Source of the DNA: Cyclobacteriaceae bacterium | Lineage (GTDB): Bacteria; Bacteroidota; Bacteroidia; Cytophagales; Cyclobacteriaceae | Assembly: GCA_036515095.1 (NCBI GenBank) | Contig: DATBVZ010000665.1 | Coordinates: 1 to 24,572, forward strand | Direction: 5' to 3' | Length of the DNA stretch: 24,572 nucleotides | Part shown: positions 7,515-16,568 of the stretch, piece after piece | Numbering within the stretch: the first letter of the stretch is position 1 | Layout: each line of letters starts with the position of its first letter | Notes under the pieces: generated by a model | What the model saw: only the letters and a program-made list of their open reading frames with translations | The model's database searches: none | Told to the model about the DNA's origin: nothing | Position numbers and translations under genes: made by a program

Positions 7515-9899
7515 TTACTCGTTCCTCAGGGTATCCACCGGGTTTGACCGGGCCGCTTTCAGGATCGTGGAGCTGGTCGTGAGAATTCCTATACCAAAGA
7601 TCATAAGCGCGCAAAGCACTACAGGAATTATTCCTACCGCGATGTGATAGGCGTAGATCTTGGACAACAGTGTATCCGTGAGGAAATAGCCACCGATAGA
7701 CCCGAGCACTGCGGCGACCGACAGTACGATTACAAACTCCCTGTTAAGCAGACTCATGATGTTGCTAACGGTCGCGCCCAGGGCTTTTCGGATCCCGATC
7801 TCCTTCGTTCGCCTGGCAATATTCAGTGAAGCCAGGGAAAAAATTCCCGATGCCGAAAGGAGGCCACCCAGTATGGTGATGAACAGGAATATCTTTTCCA
7901 GGTTAGCGTTGGTTTCTCTGCTTCCCTGCAGGACCACATCATCCTGGAACTGGCTTTCAAATGGCCGGGTAGGGAAGACCTCCTTCCAGGTAGCCTCCAG
8001 GTATTCTTGAATTTCCGGCAGATCCCTGTGTTCTGTTTTTACCAGCAGCGATATGTATTGGTTTTTCGCGGCCGGATAGAACACAAATGGCTCCGGCTCT
8101 TTCGAGCGGAACAGATTATCAACATGATTTTCCAGGACACCAAGGATCGTTCTCCGGTGATTGTGCAACACAATGATCTTGTCAATGGGATCTTTCATGC
8201 CGGTCTTTTCAAGGAAGGCCTTGTTCACAATTACACCATCTTCCTGATCGGATGCATTTTCAAGGTCAAACGTACGTCCTTCAGAAATCCGGAGTCCGAT
8301 TGTTTCGAAATAGTTCTTCCCTACACCCAGTGCCTGTACGTCGTACTGGCCGGTGTCGACGAGTATGGGTGTCTGGTACGTATTGCGTCCGATATTGCCA
8401 TCGCTTACCCCTATGCTAAGTATCTTATGGTTTCCGGTGATAGCATTCTTTATTACTTCGTAATCCCGTTCACCTTGCAAGCCAACGGTTATGAGCATGT
8501 CCTTATCATAGCCAAATTTGATCCGTTCCTGGTATTTGGTATTTTGTATGAAGACGACCCCCGCTACAAGGACGATAACCGACAAAGCAAACTGCATTGC
8601 TACCAGTGTTCGTGTAAGCGCAGTTGTTCCCTTGATCTTTACGCCGCCTTTGAGTAGCATTGTTGGTTTCAACCTACTGCTGGACAACGCGGGATAGATT
8701 CCGGCCAGGAACGAGGCCAGGAATACCATGAAGACGAGCGCCACCAACAAGTTGACGCCATCCAGGTCGGCGAGACCATACGGCAACCGCCACATGCTGG
8801 TAAAAGCCGGCACGATCAGTTGGGCCAACAGAAGTCCGACTGCCAGCGCCATGGAAATAGTGAGTAGGGTCTCCATGAGAAATTGCGTCATGATTTGTCC
8901 ACTGGCAGCTCCTACTGATTTTCTTACGCCAACTTCCTTCAGGCGTTTGGCGCTAATTGCAATAGACGTGTTGGTCAGGTTGAAGCAGGCAATGAGAAGT
9001 ATGAGCAAAGCCATCGACGTAAAAACAATAAGGGGCACAGCGCTCATCCTGTGCGTTACCCAGTTGTAACGAATGTCGTCCTGAGTATAGGCTGACTTGA
9101 AGGGCACCAGCTCATAGGATTCCACTACAACATCCGTTCTGAGCTTGTTCCGATTGGGTATGTATTTATCGAACTGCTTGCTAACCTGTGCCGCAATATC
9201 CGGTGAGGATAGTTTCACAAAAGTTGCGGGGTTTCGCCAGTCGCTCCAATCGTCGGTAGCAATCTTGTTGATGTCCATGAAGTTCTCAATCCGCATCAAG
9301 GCATCCATCGTAAAGGTACTGTTCAGGGGAACCTTCCTAAGGACCCCCCCAACCAACATTTCAATTTCGGTCTCATTCACAGTGCTTAACACCATGAGTT
9401 TCCCCACCGGATCCGCATCGCCGAAATATTTTTTGGCCAGCTTTTCGCTCAGGAATATGCTGTTCTTTTCTTTGAAAAATTTATGACTTCCCGTTACCAG
9501 CGGATAATCAAAAAGATCAAAGAAGGTGCTGTCGGTAAAAGCAATCCCCCCCTCATTAAATGCCTTATCCTCGTAGCGCAAGGCGCCACCACCATAAAGA
9601 AAACGCGCATATGCTTCTATCCCGGCAATTTCTTCGGCAGCTATGGGTGCCATAACGATCGGAGCCTGAACATCCCTGGCGATCCTGCCGTCTTTTTCCT
9701 TTGACAGGGTATGGAATTTGAATATTCGGGAGACCCTCTCAGAATCGTGAAACTTGTCGAACTCAATATTGAAAGCGAGAAGGAGATAGGCTGTAATGCA
9801 ACAGGCGAGGGATATGCCAAGCCCAAGGGTGTTGATGACCACGTAGCTTTTGTTCTTCAGAAGGGTTCTGAATGCAACCCGTAAATAATTCTTTATCAT
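7515..9899 (-). CDS. ABC transporter permease, duplicated MacB-PCD/FtsX type (Bacteroidota family)
   Basis: MIKNYLRVAFRTLLKNKSY start, ACFNLTNTSIA..KRLKEVGVRKSVGA and RRTKEIGIRKALGA repeats, NPVDTLRNE C-terminus. Confidence 0.93.
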   Translation of the reverse strand: MIKNYLRVAFRTLLKNKSYVVINTLGLGISLACCITAYLLLAFNIEFDKFHDSERVSRIFKFHTLSKEKDGRIARDVQAPIVMAPIAAEEIAGIEAYARFLYGGGALRYEDKAFNEGGIAFTDSTFFDLFDYPLVTGSHKFFKEKNSIFLSEKLAKKYFGDADPVGKLMVLSTVNETEIEMLVGGVLRKVPLNSTFTMDALMRIENFMDINKIATDDWSDWRNPATFVKLSSPDIAAQVSKQFDKYIPNRNKLRTDVVVESYELVPFKSAYTQDDIRYNWVTHRMSAVPLIVFTSMALLILLIACFNLTNTSIAISAKRLKEVGVRKSVGAASGQIMTQFLMETLLTISMALAVGLLLAQLIVPAFTSMWRLPYGLADLDGVNLLVALVFMVFLASFLAGIYPALSSSRLKPTMLLKGGVKIKGTTALTRTLVAMQFALSVIVLVAGVVFIQNTKYQERIKFGYDKDMLITVGLQGERDYEVIKNAITGNHKILSIGVSDGNIGRNTYQTPILVDTGQYDVQALGVGKNYFETIGLRISEGRTFDLENASDQEDGVIVNKAFLEKTGMKDPIDKIIVLHNHRRTILGVLENHVDNLFRSKEPEPFVFYPAAKNQYISLLVKTEHRDLPEIQEYLEATWKEVFPTRPFESQFQDDVVLQGSRETNANLEKIFLFITILGGLLSASGIFSLASLNIARRTKEIGIRKALGATVSNIMSLLNREFVIVLSVAAVLGSIGGYFLTDTLLSKIYAYHIAVGIIPVVLCALMIFGIGILTTSSTILKAARSNPVDTLRNE

Positions 9900-9938
9900 G
9901 GGCGAGGGGTTAGCGTATTTTGATAGCCTTCAAAGGCG

Positions 9939-9946
9939 CAAATATG
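9939..9946 (-). promoter_or_regulatory. Putative -7 promoter box for the ABC permease
   Basis: Minus strand reads CATATTTG(CG), a 7/8 match to TAnnTTTG, about 40 nt upstream of ATG 9899. Confidence 0.4.
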
Positions 9947-10134
9947 TAGCCAATAAGGAATGTTTCTTACCAACACGTTACAGCCGATTTGTCAAAAACC
10001 AGATTGTTCGAAAGCGGATAATAGTGTACGAAGATGTACACCTCATCTTGATCTTTCCGGTTAGACGCAACTTCAGGGACAGAGGTTGCTTTCACAGCGG
10101 AACTGCCCCCAATCCGGTGATTCATATCATGTCC

Positions 10135-11046
10135 TCAACGAACACCCTTCACTTTCATCCTCAATACATATACCGACTTTGATGCAGTGATAAACAAAGT
10201 CTTCCCGTCCTTGCCGCCGAAACAGACATTGGCGGTCCAGGGTTCGTCGACGGAAATGTATTCGATCTGTTTTCCCCTTGAATTGAAAACGGTAATGCCG
10301 CGGCCCGTGATGTACACGTTGCCCTTGTTATCCACGGTCATTCCATCAGAACCCATTTCAGTGAAAAGTCGCCGGTCCGACAGCGTGCCCTCCGGGTTAA
10401 TACGGAACGCATACGTTTTCTTATCGTTGATATCCGCTACATACAGCGTTTTGCCATCCCGCGCGCCCACGATTCCATTGGGCCTGACAAATCCTGTCGC
10501 GGCCACGGACAATGTTTTTCTATCGGGGGAAACGTAGTAGACGTCTTCTTCTTCTATTTCCCGGGTTGTTCTTGTCCAATAGTCCCGCTTGTAGAAGGGA
10601 TCAGTAAAATAAATCCCGCCCCTGGAGTCCACCCACAAATCATTCGGACCGTTGAGTTTCTTTCCTTCGAAATCCCTGACCAGCACCGTAACGTTCTTAT
10701 TCCGGTCGATCAGCCACAACTGGTTGTCCCGGTCGGCGCACGAGATCAGATTTCCATCGTTGTCAAAATACAGTCCGTTTGACCGCCCTGCGCCTTCCAT
10801 AAATACCGTCATCGCCCCATCCGTTGACCACTTCATGATCCGGTCATTGGGCTGGTCGGTGAAGAACACGTTTCCCTCCGGATCGACCGCGGGTCCTTCT
10901 GTGAATTTGAATTCCGACGATAGTTTGGTAAGCACAGCGTCTTTGGCTATTACGTTGCCGACCGCTGCTTTTTCCTGTTGTGCCACAGCGATATTCCAGT
11001 GTACTGCCAGCAGCAGAAGGGGAATTAAGGACAACGAGCATTTCAT
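10135..11046 (-). CDS. SMP-30/gluconolactonase/LRE family protein, secreted
   Basis: FTEGPAVD, GRSNGL, LNGPNDL, RPNGI, GSDGMTVD and WTANVCFGG motifs. ATG 11046 gives a signal peptide (the track starts at TTG 11052). Confidence 0.92.
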   Translation of the reverse strand: MKCSLSLIPLLLLAVHWNIAVAQQEKAAVGNVIAKDAVLTKLSSEFKFTEGPAVDPEGNVFFTDQPNDRIMKWSTDGAMTVFMEGAGRSNGLYFDNDGNLISCADRDNQLWLIDRNKNVTVLVRDFEGKKLNGPNDLWVDSRGGIYFTDPFYKRDYWTRTTREIEEEDVYYVSPDRKTLSVAATGFVRPNGIVGARDGKTLYVADINDKKTYAFRINPEGTLSDRRLFTEMGSDGMTVDNKGNVYITGRGITVFNSRGKQIEYISVDEPWTANVCFGGKDGKTLFITASKSVYVLRMKVKGVR

Positions 11047-11151
11047 GCGCAATTTGTTCGGCCTGTGCCAGGGTCTGCAATGTAGTAAGGACAGTATGGT
11101 ATAGCAAGATGAAATATTCCGATGGTCACGCTACCACGAACAAAGAAATTC

Positions 11152-12090
11152 CTATTGACCTGCGCGTTCATGACTTGTTTCCTTCGGAAAATGCACGCAG
11201 ACTTCATCGTGCATGGTGTAGAGACGGTACTGGTAGCCGTCGTGCACCAGGATCGGGCTGGATTTATTTTCGCGCATGATAGGATTGTGCTCGTATTTGG
11301 TCCAACGAATGAGATCATTGGAAATGGCTACGCAACTGGTCCATTCATGCCAGTCCTCATACGCGGTGGCGTGGTAATAGGCATAATACTTTCCCTCATG
11401 ATATACGATCTGGTTTACGGCCACACCGTATTGATCATACGTTTCAGGTCCTGTTTTTATCACCGGTTCATCCTGGATGTTTGTCCACGTCAGGCGGTCC
11501 GTTGAACGGGCCAGCCATATGCCCCGGTCGCCGCGTTCATAGAAGAGGTACCAGACTCCGTCTTCAATCCACACGGTTGGTGTGCCATAAGGACCGTTGT
11601 CAATCGGGTTGCCATTGACCTTCCGGACATCCAGGGGACCGTATTCCTTCCAATTTACACGATCGGGAGACGTGAGCATATGGGCGATGTCGTCAGTGCC
11701 TTCCGCAAACATGTAGTAGAGGCTATCGGACTTAACAACCATTATGTCCTCAACCCAGCCGGAATCAACGATCGGATTTTCCGCATAGCGTGTCCATACC
11801 AGCCCATCCGGCGAGGTGGCATAACCCAGGTGCATCGACTCTTCTGGTCCTTCGCGGAAACCGGTGTACCACATGTGGTATTGTCCCTCTTCCCGGAGTA
11901 TAAATCCGCGTTCACGGATTTTCTGGTCCCAGGTATCTGTGCCCGTGCCTTTGAAGACGGGATTTTTTTCGTAGGAAGTAAAGTCAAGAATTTCCGAAGG
12001 ATACCGGACGGATCCGGGCCCTTTTTCCTGCGGGTTTGGTTGCCTGCATCCGGCAGCCACCAGTACAAACAGTACGATAAATCCTTTCAT
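11152..12090 (-). CDS. Lipoprotein with a five-bladed beta-propeller glycosidase/phosphorylase fold (GH43/32/117/130-like); family not assigned
   Basis: Start moved to ATG 12090 (MKGFIVLFVLVAAGC lipobox). Blade repeats: YATSPDGLVWTRYAENPI, LTSPDRVNWKEYG, LARSTDRLTWTNIQDEPVI, AISNDLIRWTKYEHNPI. Confidence 0.78.
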   Translation of the reverse strand: MKGFIVLFVLVAAGCRQPNPQEKGPGSVRYPSEILDFTSYEKNPVFKGTGTDTWDQKIRERGFILREEGQYHMWYTGFREGPEESMHLGYATSPDGLVWTRYAENPIVDSGWVEDIMVVKSDSLYYMFAEGTDDIAHMLTSPDRVNWKEYGPLDVRKVNGNPIDNGPYGTPTVWIEDGVWYLFYERGDRGIWLARSTDRLTWTNIQDEPVIKTGPETYDQYGVAVNQIVYHEGKYYAYYHATAYEDWHEWTSCVAISNDLIRWTKYEHNPIMRENKSSPILVHDGYQYRLYTMHDEVCVHFPKETSHERAGQ

Positions 12091-12192
12091 AGAGCAGGTT
12101 TCGCAGTCAAAAATCGGGGTTGTTCCATTGCCTAGTGCCAACTTTTCGCGTTCTTGAGAGCAGGGAACAAAATACACAAATCGGAGTAAGAT

Positions 12193-13533
12193 ATGAAACG
12201 CAGAAAATTCATTAAGGGCACGGGTGCAGCGCTCGCAGGAACAGTTTTGGCACATGCGGGAGTGATGAGTGCCGCGGCCAGTTGCATGCTTGCCGACAAA
12301 CTCAACATTGGCGTGATCGGATGCAATGGCATGGGATGGTCAAACACAAACTCGTTGTTGAAGATGAAGGATGTGGATCTGGTTGCGATTTGCGATGTGG
12401 ATGACAACGTGGTTCAGCAACGGGTAGCCGACTATAAGAAACTGAGGAATAATAAACCGAAAACATACAAAGACTATCGTGAACTACTCAATAACCAGGA
12501 GATCGATGCTGTTGTGATCGGCACGCCGGACCATTGGCATTGCCGGATCATGGTCGATGCCGTAAATGCCGGGAAGCATGTATATGTGGAAAAACCCATT
12601 GCAAACAGCATCGAGGAAAGCCGGATCATGGTAGCTGCCCAGGAAAAAACCGGGAAGGTGGTACAGGCCGGGCAATGGCAGCGAAGCGGACCGCACTATA
12701 GAAAGGCCATTGAGATCGTGCAATCTGGTGTCCTTGGCAGGATCCGTCTTGTCAAGGTGTGGGCTTACCAGGGATGGATGAAACCGGTTCCCGTAGTTGC
12801 CGACTCAACCCCGCCGGCTGGAGTCGACTATAAGTTCTGGCTCGGTCCAGCCCCTGAGAGACCGTTTAACCAGAACCGTTTCCACTTTAATTTCCGGTGG
12901 TTCTGGGATTATGCGGGCGGCTTGATGACCGACTGGGGTGTGCACGAAATCGATATTGCTTTATATGCCATGCAGACGGAGTCGCCGATTTCCGTTATGG
13001 CGTCGGGCGGCAAGCTGGCTTATCCCGATGATGCCTCTGAAACACCCGATACACTACAGACCGTCTTTCAATACAAAGATTTCAATATGCTCTGGGAACA
13101 TGCCACGGGCATTGACAATGGTCCTTATCATCGTACCGAGGGCATAGCATTTATTGGAAACAACGGTACCCTCGTGGTAAATCGGGGTGGTTATGAAGTG
13201 CTGGTAGAAAACGAATCAGAAGGTTATTCCAGCACGGGCAAACCGAAGATGGAACTTATAGAAACCTATGCCAAACCTGCCGAACTAAATTACCTGGACC
13301 TGCACACGCAGAATTTTGTGGAAGCCGTGCGGAAGAACAGTCAGGAAGCGCTCAATACACCTATCCGTTCCGGAAGTATTGCAGCAATAAACGCCCACAT
13401 GGGCAACATTGCCTATAAGACCGGGAAAAAGGTCTTCTGGGACGAGAAGAGCAATGGCTTCGTTGACAACACCGCCGCAAATGACCTGATCACCCCGGAG
13501 TACCACAACGGATGGAAGATCCCCGTTGTATAG
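12193..13533 (+). CDS. Tat-exported Gfo/Idh/MocA family oxidoreductase
   Basis: MKRRKFIK twin-Arg signal, GVIGCNGMG Rossmann motif, IGTPDHWH, HVYVEKP and GGLMTDWGVH. Confidence 0.93.
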   Translation: MKRRKFIKGTGAALAGTVLAHAGVMSAAASCMLADKLNIGVIGCNGMGWSNTNSLLKMKDVDLVAICDVDDNVVQQRVADYKKLRNNKPKTYKDYRELLNNQEIDAVVIGTPDHWHCRIMVDAVNAGKHVYVEKPIANSIEESRIMVAAQEKTGKVVQAGQWQRSGPHYRKAIEIVQSGVLGRIRLVKVWAYQGWMKPVPVVADSTPPAGVDYKFWLGPAPERPFNQNRFHFNFRWFWDYAGGLMTDWGVHEIDIALYAMQTESPISVMASGGKLAYPDDASETPDTLQTVFQYKDFNMLWEHATGIDNGPYHRTEGIAFIGNNGTLVVNRGGYEVLVENESEGYSSTGKPKMELIETYAKPAELNYLDLHTQNFVEAVRKNSQEALNTPIRSGSIAAINAHMGNIAYKTGKKVFWDEKSNGFVDNTAANDLITPEYHNGWKIPVV

Positions 13534-13548
13534 GTGTTGAGGTGTTGA
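13533..13548 (+). repeat. GGTGTTGA x2 octamer tandem beginning at the Gfo stop codon
   Basis: Copies at 13533-13540 and 13541-13548. Confidence 0.5.
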
Positions 13549-13566
13549 TGTATCGAGGGGACGCCA

Positions 13567-13589
13567 GTGCCTTCGACAAGCTCAGTCAT
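13567..13589 (+). repeat. Degenerate REP-like extragenic element (core TTCGACAAGCTCA)
   Basis: GTGCC-TTCGACAAGCTCA-GTCAT with imperfectly paired flanks, between convergent genes. I recall the core as a widespread extragenic repeat in Bacteroidota. Confidence 0.6.
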
Positions 13590-13633
13590 CGCCGACACCC
13601 GTGCGAGCGTAGGAGGAAATCCTCGAACCTTAT

Positions 13634-14050
13634 TTATAACTTGAATGCCTGACGGGCGACAAGCTTCCATGCGTTCCCGTCTTTCTGCCATACGAGGAGT
13701 ATGCCCAGATTGACCGGACTGTTATTTGCTTCGCCATGAAGTTCGTGCCGGACAAGCGCGATGTTGCCTGCGATCTTCACGGTTTGATTGGTGAGGTTAA
13801 TGGTGCTAAAGTCGGATTTGCCGCTGGTCAATGCGTCAACGAATGCGGCCTTGTCTTCGATAAGTCCGTTTGAATGTCCGTAGGTCAGATCAGCGGAAGT
13901 TAGTGCCTCCAGCGCTGCCTTGTCAGCGTCGAGCATAGCTTTACGCAGCCCTTCGACGGCATTGGCAACTGCTTTCTCATCCCGGGACTGTGCGTTGGAC
14001 AAGGAACAGGAAAAGAGGAATGCGATAAGTAATACGTGTGACTTCTTCAT
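13634..14050 (-). CDS. Secreted NTF2-like/DUF4440 protein
   Basis: Signal peptide, ADKAALEAL..LTYGHSNGLIEDKAAF and LLVWQKDGNAWKLVARQA. Confidence 0.88.
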   Translation of the reverse strand: MKKSHVLLIAFLFSCSLSNAQSRDEKAVANAVEGLRKAMLDADKAALEALTSADLTYGHSNGLIEDKAAFVDALTSGKSDFSTINLTNQTVKIAGNIALVRHELHGEANNSPVNLGILLVWQKDGNAWKLVARQAFKL

Positions 14051-14096
14051 AACTATTCGTATGTGAATTCAATGTAGGAATGATTCCTGAACGGGC

Positions 14097-14104
14097 GAAA
14101 TATA
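14097..14104 (-). promoter_or_regulatory. Putative -7 box for the NTF2-like gene
   Basis: Minus strand reads TATATTTC (7/8 match), about 47 nt upstream of ATG 14050. Confidence 0.35.
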
Positions 14105-14188
14105 TTTTATGGAAGGTCGGAGACCGGTAAAGCGCCTCAACAAAAATTGCCTTCTGGGAAATGAAGGCGTATAACTTCTCCAAAAATA

Positions 14189-15349
14189 ATGCGAATTTTG
14201 CCGCGCATGGAGTTACAGCGCAAGCATCGCTTTTTTATAAGCGTCTTCTTTTTTCTTTCCGGATTTTGTTTTTCTACCTGGGCATCCAGAATCCCCACCA
14301 TCAAGACACTCTTCGCCTTTAATGATGCGGAGCTGGGGACCATGCTTCTTCTGATGCCCCTGAGTTCACTCGCCGGACTCCCCATCTCGGGATGGCTGGT
14401 CTCCCGTTACAACAGCCGTGGGCCGCTCATTGTATCCCTTGCTCTGCTTGCGGGCTCTCTCACCCTGATCGGAATGGCAACGTCTGTCGTTGTACTTGGA
14501 GTGGGTATGAGCTTGTTCTCCTTCCACTTGAGAATACTGGGTATCGCCATTAATTCGCAGGGTCTGACGCTTCAAAAACAGACCGAAAGGAAGATCTTCG
14601 GATCGTTTCATGGCCTGTGGAGTACCGGAGGTATTGCCGGTGTTGGTTTCTCCACTTTTGTAATTGCGGCAGGGATAAAAATGCCCCTGCACCTGGTAAT
14701 TGTTTCGGTGATCACCCTATTGACGGGCCTGTATTCCTATCGGTTCCTTTTGCGCAACGACCGCTCGACCACGGGCAATAAATTGATCCTGGGAAAACCG
14801 GATCCCCTCCTCGTTATTCTGGGAATGCTCGTTTTCCTTGCCTCCATTTGCGAAGGAGGGATGTTTGACTGGAGTGGGGTGTACTTTAAAGAAGTGGTAA
14901 AAGTTGATCTTTTCACCTGGGGGTACCTGATTTTCATGATCTGCATGGCGCTGTCCCGGTTTGCCACCGACTGGTTTGTCGAAGAGGTCGGAATGCCAAT
15001 GACGTTTGGGTTCAGCGCCCTGTTTATATTTGCAGGAATCGGACTCGCCGTAATGTTCCCGGCGTTCTGGCCTTGCATGGCCGGTTTTTGCCTGGTTGGT
15101 CTGGGGACAGCCCCCGTCATTCCCATAACCTTTATGCTGGCTTCCACGGTCGAGAAATACGCACCGCCCATGACGATCTCTATCATTGCCACCTATGGTA
15201 TTGCCGGTGTATTCCTCGGCCCGCCCCTGATCGGGTACCTGGCTCACGCGTTCGATCTGCGGATCGCCTTTATCACGTTTGCCATCTCCGGACTTATGCT
15301 GATCCCCGTTTCCCGAATGTTTTTCAGAAGACAACGTAAGCGAAGGTAA
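14189..15349 (+). CDS. MFS transporter (YbjJ-like)
   Basis: About 12 hydrophobic segments with motifs TWASRIPTIK, FHGLWSTGG, CEGGMFDWSGVY and GPPLIGYLA. The start may be ATG 14207. Confidence 0.9.
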   Translation: MRILPRMELQRKHRFFISVFFFLSGFCFSTWASRIPTIKTLFAFNDAELGTMLLLMPLSSLAGLPISGWLVSRYNSRGPLIVSLALLAGSLTLIGMATSVVVLGVGMSLFSFHLRILGIAINSQGLTLQKQTERKIFGSFHGLWSTGGIAGVGFSTFVIAAGIKMPLHLVIVSVITLLTGLYSYRFLLRNDRSTTGNKLILGKPDPLLVILGMLVFLASICEGGMFDWSGVYFKEVVKVDLFTWGYLIFMICMALSRFATDWFVEEVGMPMTFGFSALFIFAGIGLAVMFPAFWPCMAGFCLVGLGTAPVIPITFMLASTVEKYAPPMTISIIATYGIAGVFLGPPLIGYLAHAFDLRIAFITFAISGLMLIPVSRMFFRRQRKRR

Positions 15350-15390
15350 GCCTTTTGAACGGGAGGATCATATCGCAGTTAACACGGCAT

Positions 15391-16320
15391 TCACACAACC
15401 TCACTCACCACCTTTTTCATTTTTTCCAGACCGGTCCTGGCAACGGTAAGCGGATCCTGTGCCCAGTAGTCGCGGTTGAAAAGTTCGAGCGACAGGATCT
15501 TTTGGCCACTCATATTCTTCAGGTGAGTAAGGAGTTGTTTCAGGGGAGCTACGCCATCGCCGGGATAGATGCGGTCTCTGTCCTGCAGCTGCTCGCGCGG
15601 AATGGACCCTGGGTAGTCATTCATGTGAAAGATCTCCACGACACTGCCGTCCAGCATCTTCATGCAGTCAAACCCGGAGTTGCCGCGGTGCAGGTGGTAA
15701 ACGTCTGCCAGAATACGGACACCTGGATCGTTCGCCACTGCCGCTGCCATCAGTGCCTGCCCAAGGTGATAGAACACGGACGCTCCCCAGACTTCAAGCT
15801 GAGGAGTAACGCCGGTCTGACGACCAAGGTCAAGGAGTTCCTTGTATCGCTGTCCCACTTTATACAGATCGGGAGCAGTGGTGACTCCCGCAGCGGGCGC
15901 CGCAATGCGCGGGCAGTCGAGAGCAGCCATGATCTCCATTTCCTCTTTCATCTGAACAAACCCTGCCTTGCGCTTTTCGTCATCATCGGTCATCCACGGA
16001 GCGAACCCGATGGCATTGACAACAGGCAGTTTGCTGTCGGTCGTCAGCTTTCTTAACGCGCTCAGTGATTTGCCGCTATCCATGTACGCCCGGAGATCTC
16101 CGATCCATACTTCAATGCAGTCGTAGCCGGCACGGGCCGCGATGTCAATGTATTTCTCGACACCCAACTTTTGTCCGCTGATGGTGCTGGTGTTCAAGGA
16201 AAACGTAAACTTGTCTTTCTTTTGAGCGGCGGAATCGCCTCCGGCAGAATAACCCAATGGTCCCATCAATGACAGTCCGGCAGCGACAGATGCTGTTTTC
16301 AGGGCGTCTCTTCTTTTCAT
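15391..16320 (-). CDS. Tat-exported sugar phosphate isomerase/epimerase (AP_endonuc_2, xylose-isomerase-like TIM barrel)
   Basis: MKRRDALK Tat signal; metal-ligand motifs PQLEVWG, LADVYH, IFHMND, YPGDG and LSLELFN. Confidence 0.9.
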   Translation of the reverse strand: MKRRDALKTASVAAGLSLMGPLGYSAGGDSAAQKKDKFTFSLNTSTISGQKLGVEKYIDIAARAGYDCIEVWIGDLRAYMDSGKSLSALRKLTTDSKLPVVNAIGFAPWMTDDDEKRKAGFVQMKEEMEIMAALDCPRIAAPAAGVTTAPDLYKVGQRYKELLDLGRQTGVTPQLEVWGASVFYHLGQALMAAAVANDPGVRILADVYHLHRGNSGFDCMKMLDGSVVEIFHMNDYPGSIPREQLQDRDRIYPGDGVAPLKQLLTHLKNMSGQKILSLELFNRDYWAQDPLTVARTGLEKMKKVVSEVV

Positions 16321-16336
16321 GGCGATCGGTATGCTG

Positions 16337-16376
16337 GTTTGTTTTCAGGAAAGATAGGAAAAGTTTGTTTTCCTGA
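16337..16376 (-). promoter_or_regulatory. Putative promoter/operator of the Tat isomerase gene
   Basis: -7-like TATCTTTC on the minus strand (16349-16356). It is flanked by an exact 10-bp direct repeat GTTTGTTTTC (16337 and 16363) and the palindrome AGGAAAA-N5-TTTTCCT (16356-16374). Confidence 0.45.
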
Positions 16377-16524
16377 TGAAGCAATTCTGTCAAGCGGCAG
16401 GAAGCGAGCACGATTGAAGGAGTTCCTTTACATGGTGCGGGAGCTTCGGAGGGCAAAGGCCGATCACTGGTTACTGATCATCGTTCTCCACGGTCTTCAC
16501 CGTAACCTAATCGTTTGCTTGTGT

Positions 16525-16545
16525 GTGCCTACTCGCTACTGCCAA
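16525..16545. repeat. Degenerate CTGCCTA-type heptamer tandem downstream of the MBL gene
   Basis: GTGCCTA CTCGCTA CTGCCAA. A further GCCTACTGC lies at about 16577-16585. Confidence 0.45.
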
Positions 16546-16568
16546 CTAATCTTGCTTCCGCTCCTTTT

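Noticed and set aside
8007-8657. 216-aa plus-strand ORF and other ORFs inside the permease
   Set aside because: Antisense shadows of a well-supported gene.
10024-10041. Palindrome GTGTAC-N6-GTACAC
   Set aside because: Only 6-bp arms and a single copy; expected by chance.
10067-10089. Hairpin GCAACTTC/GAGGTTGC and nearby CGGAACTGCCCC
   Set aside because: It pairs best on the strand opposite the flanking genes and has no U-tract in the sense direction. The riboswitch resemblance is only partial.
12091-12255. Cys-rich N-terminal extension (MCQNCSCERC) of the propeller ORF
   Set aside because: It overlaps the divergent Gfo gene and precedes a clear lipoprotein signal, so it is an artefact of the longest-ORF call.
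14717-16056. 205-aa minus and 233-aa plus ORFs
   Set aside because: Antisense shadows of the MFS and isomerase genes.
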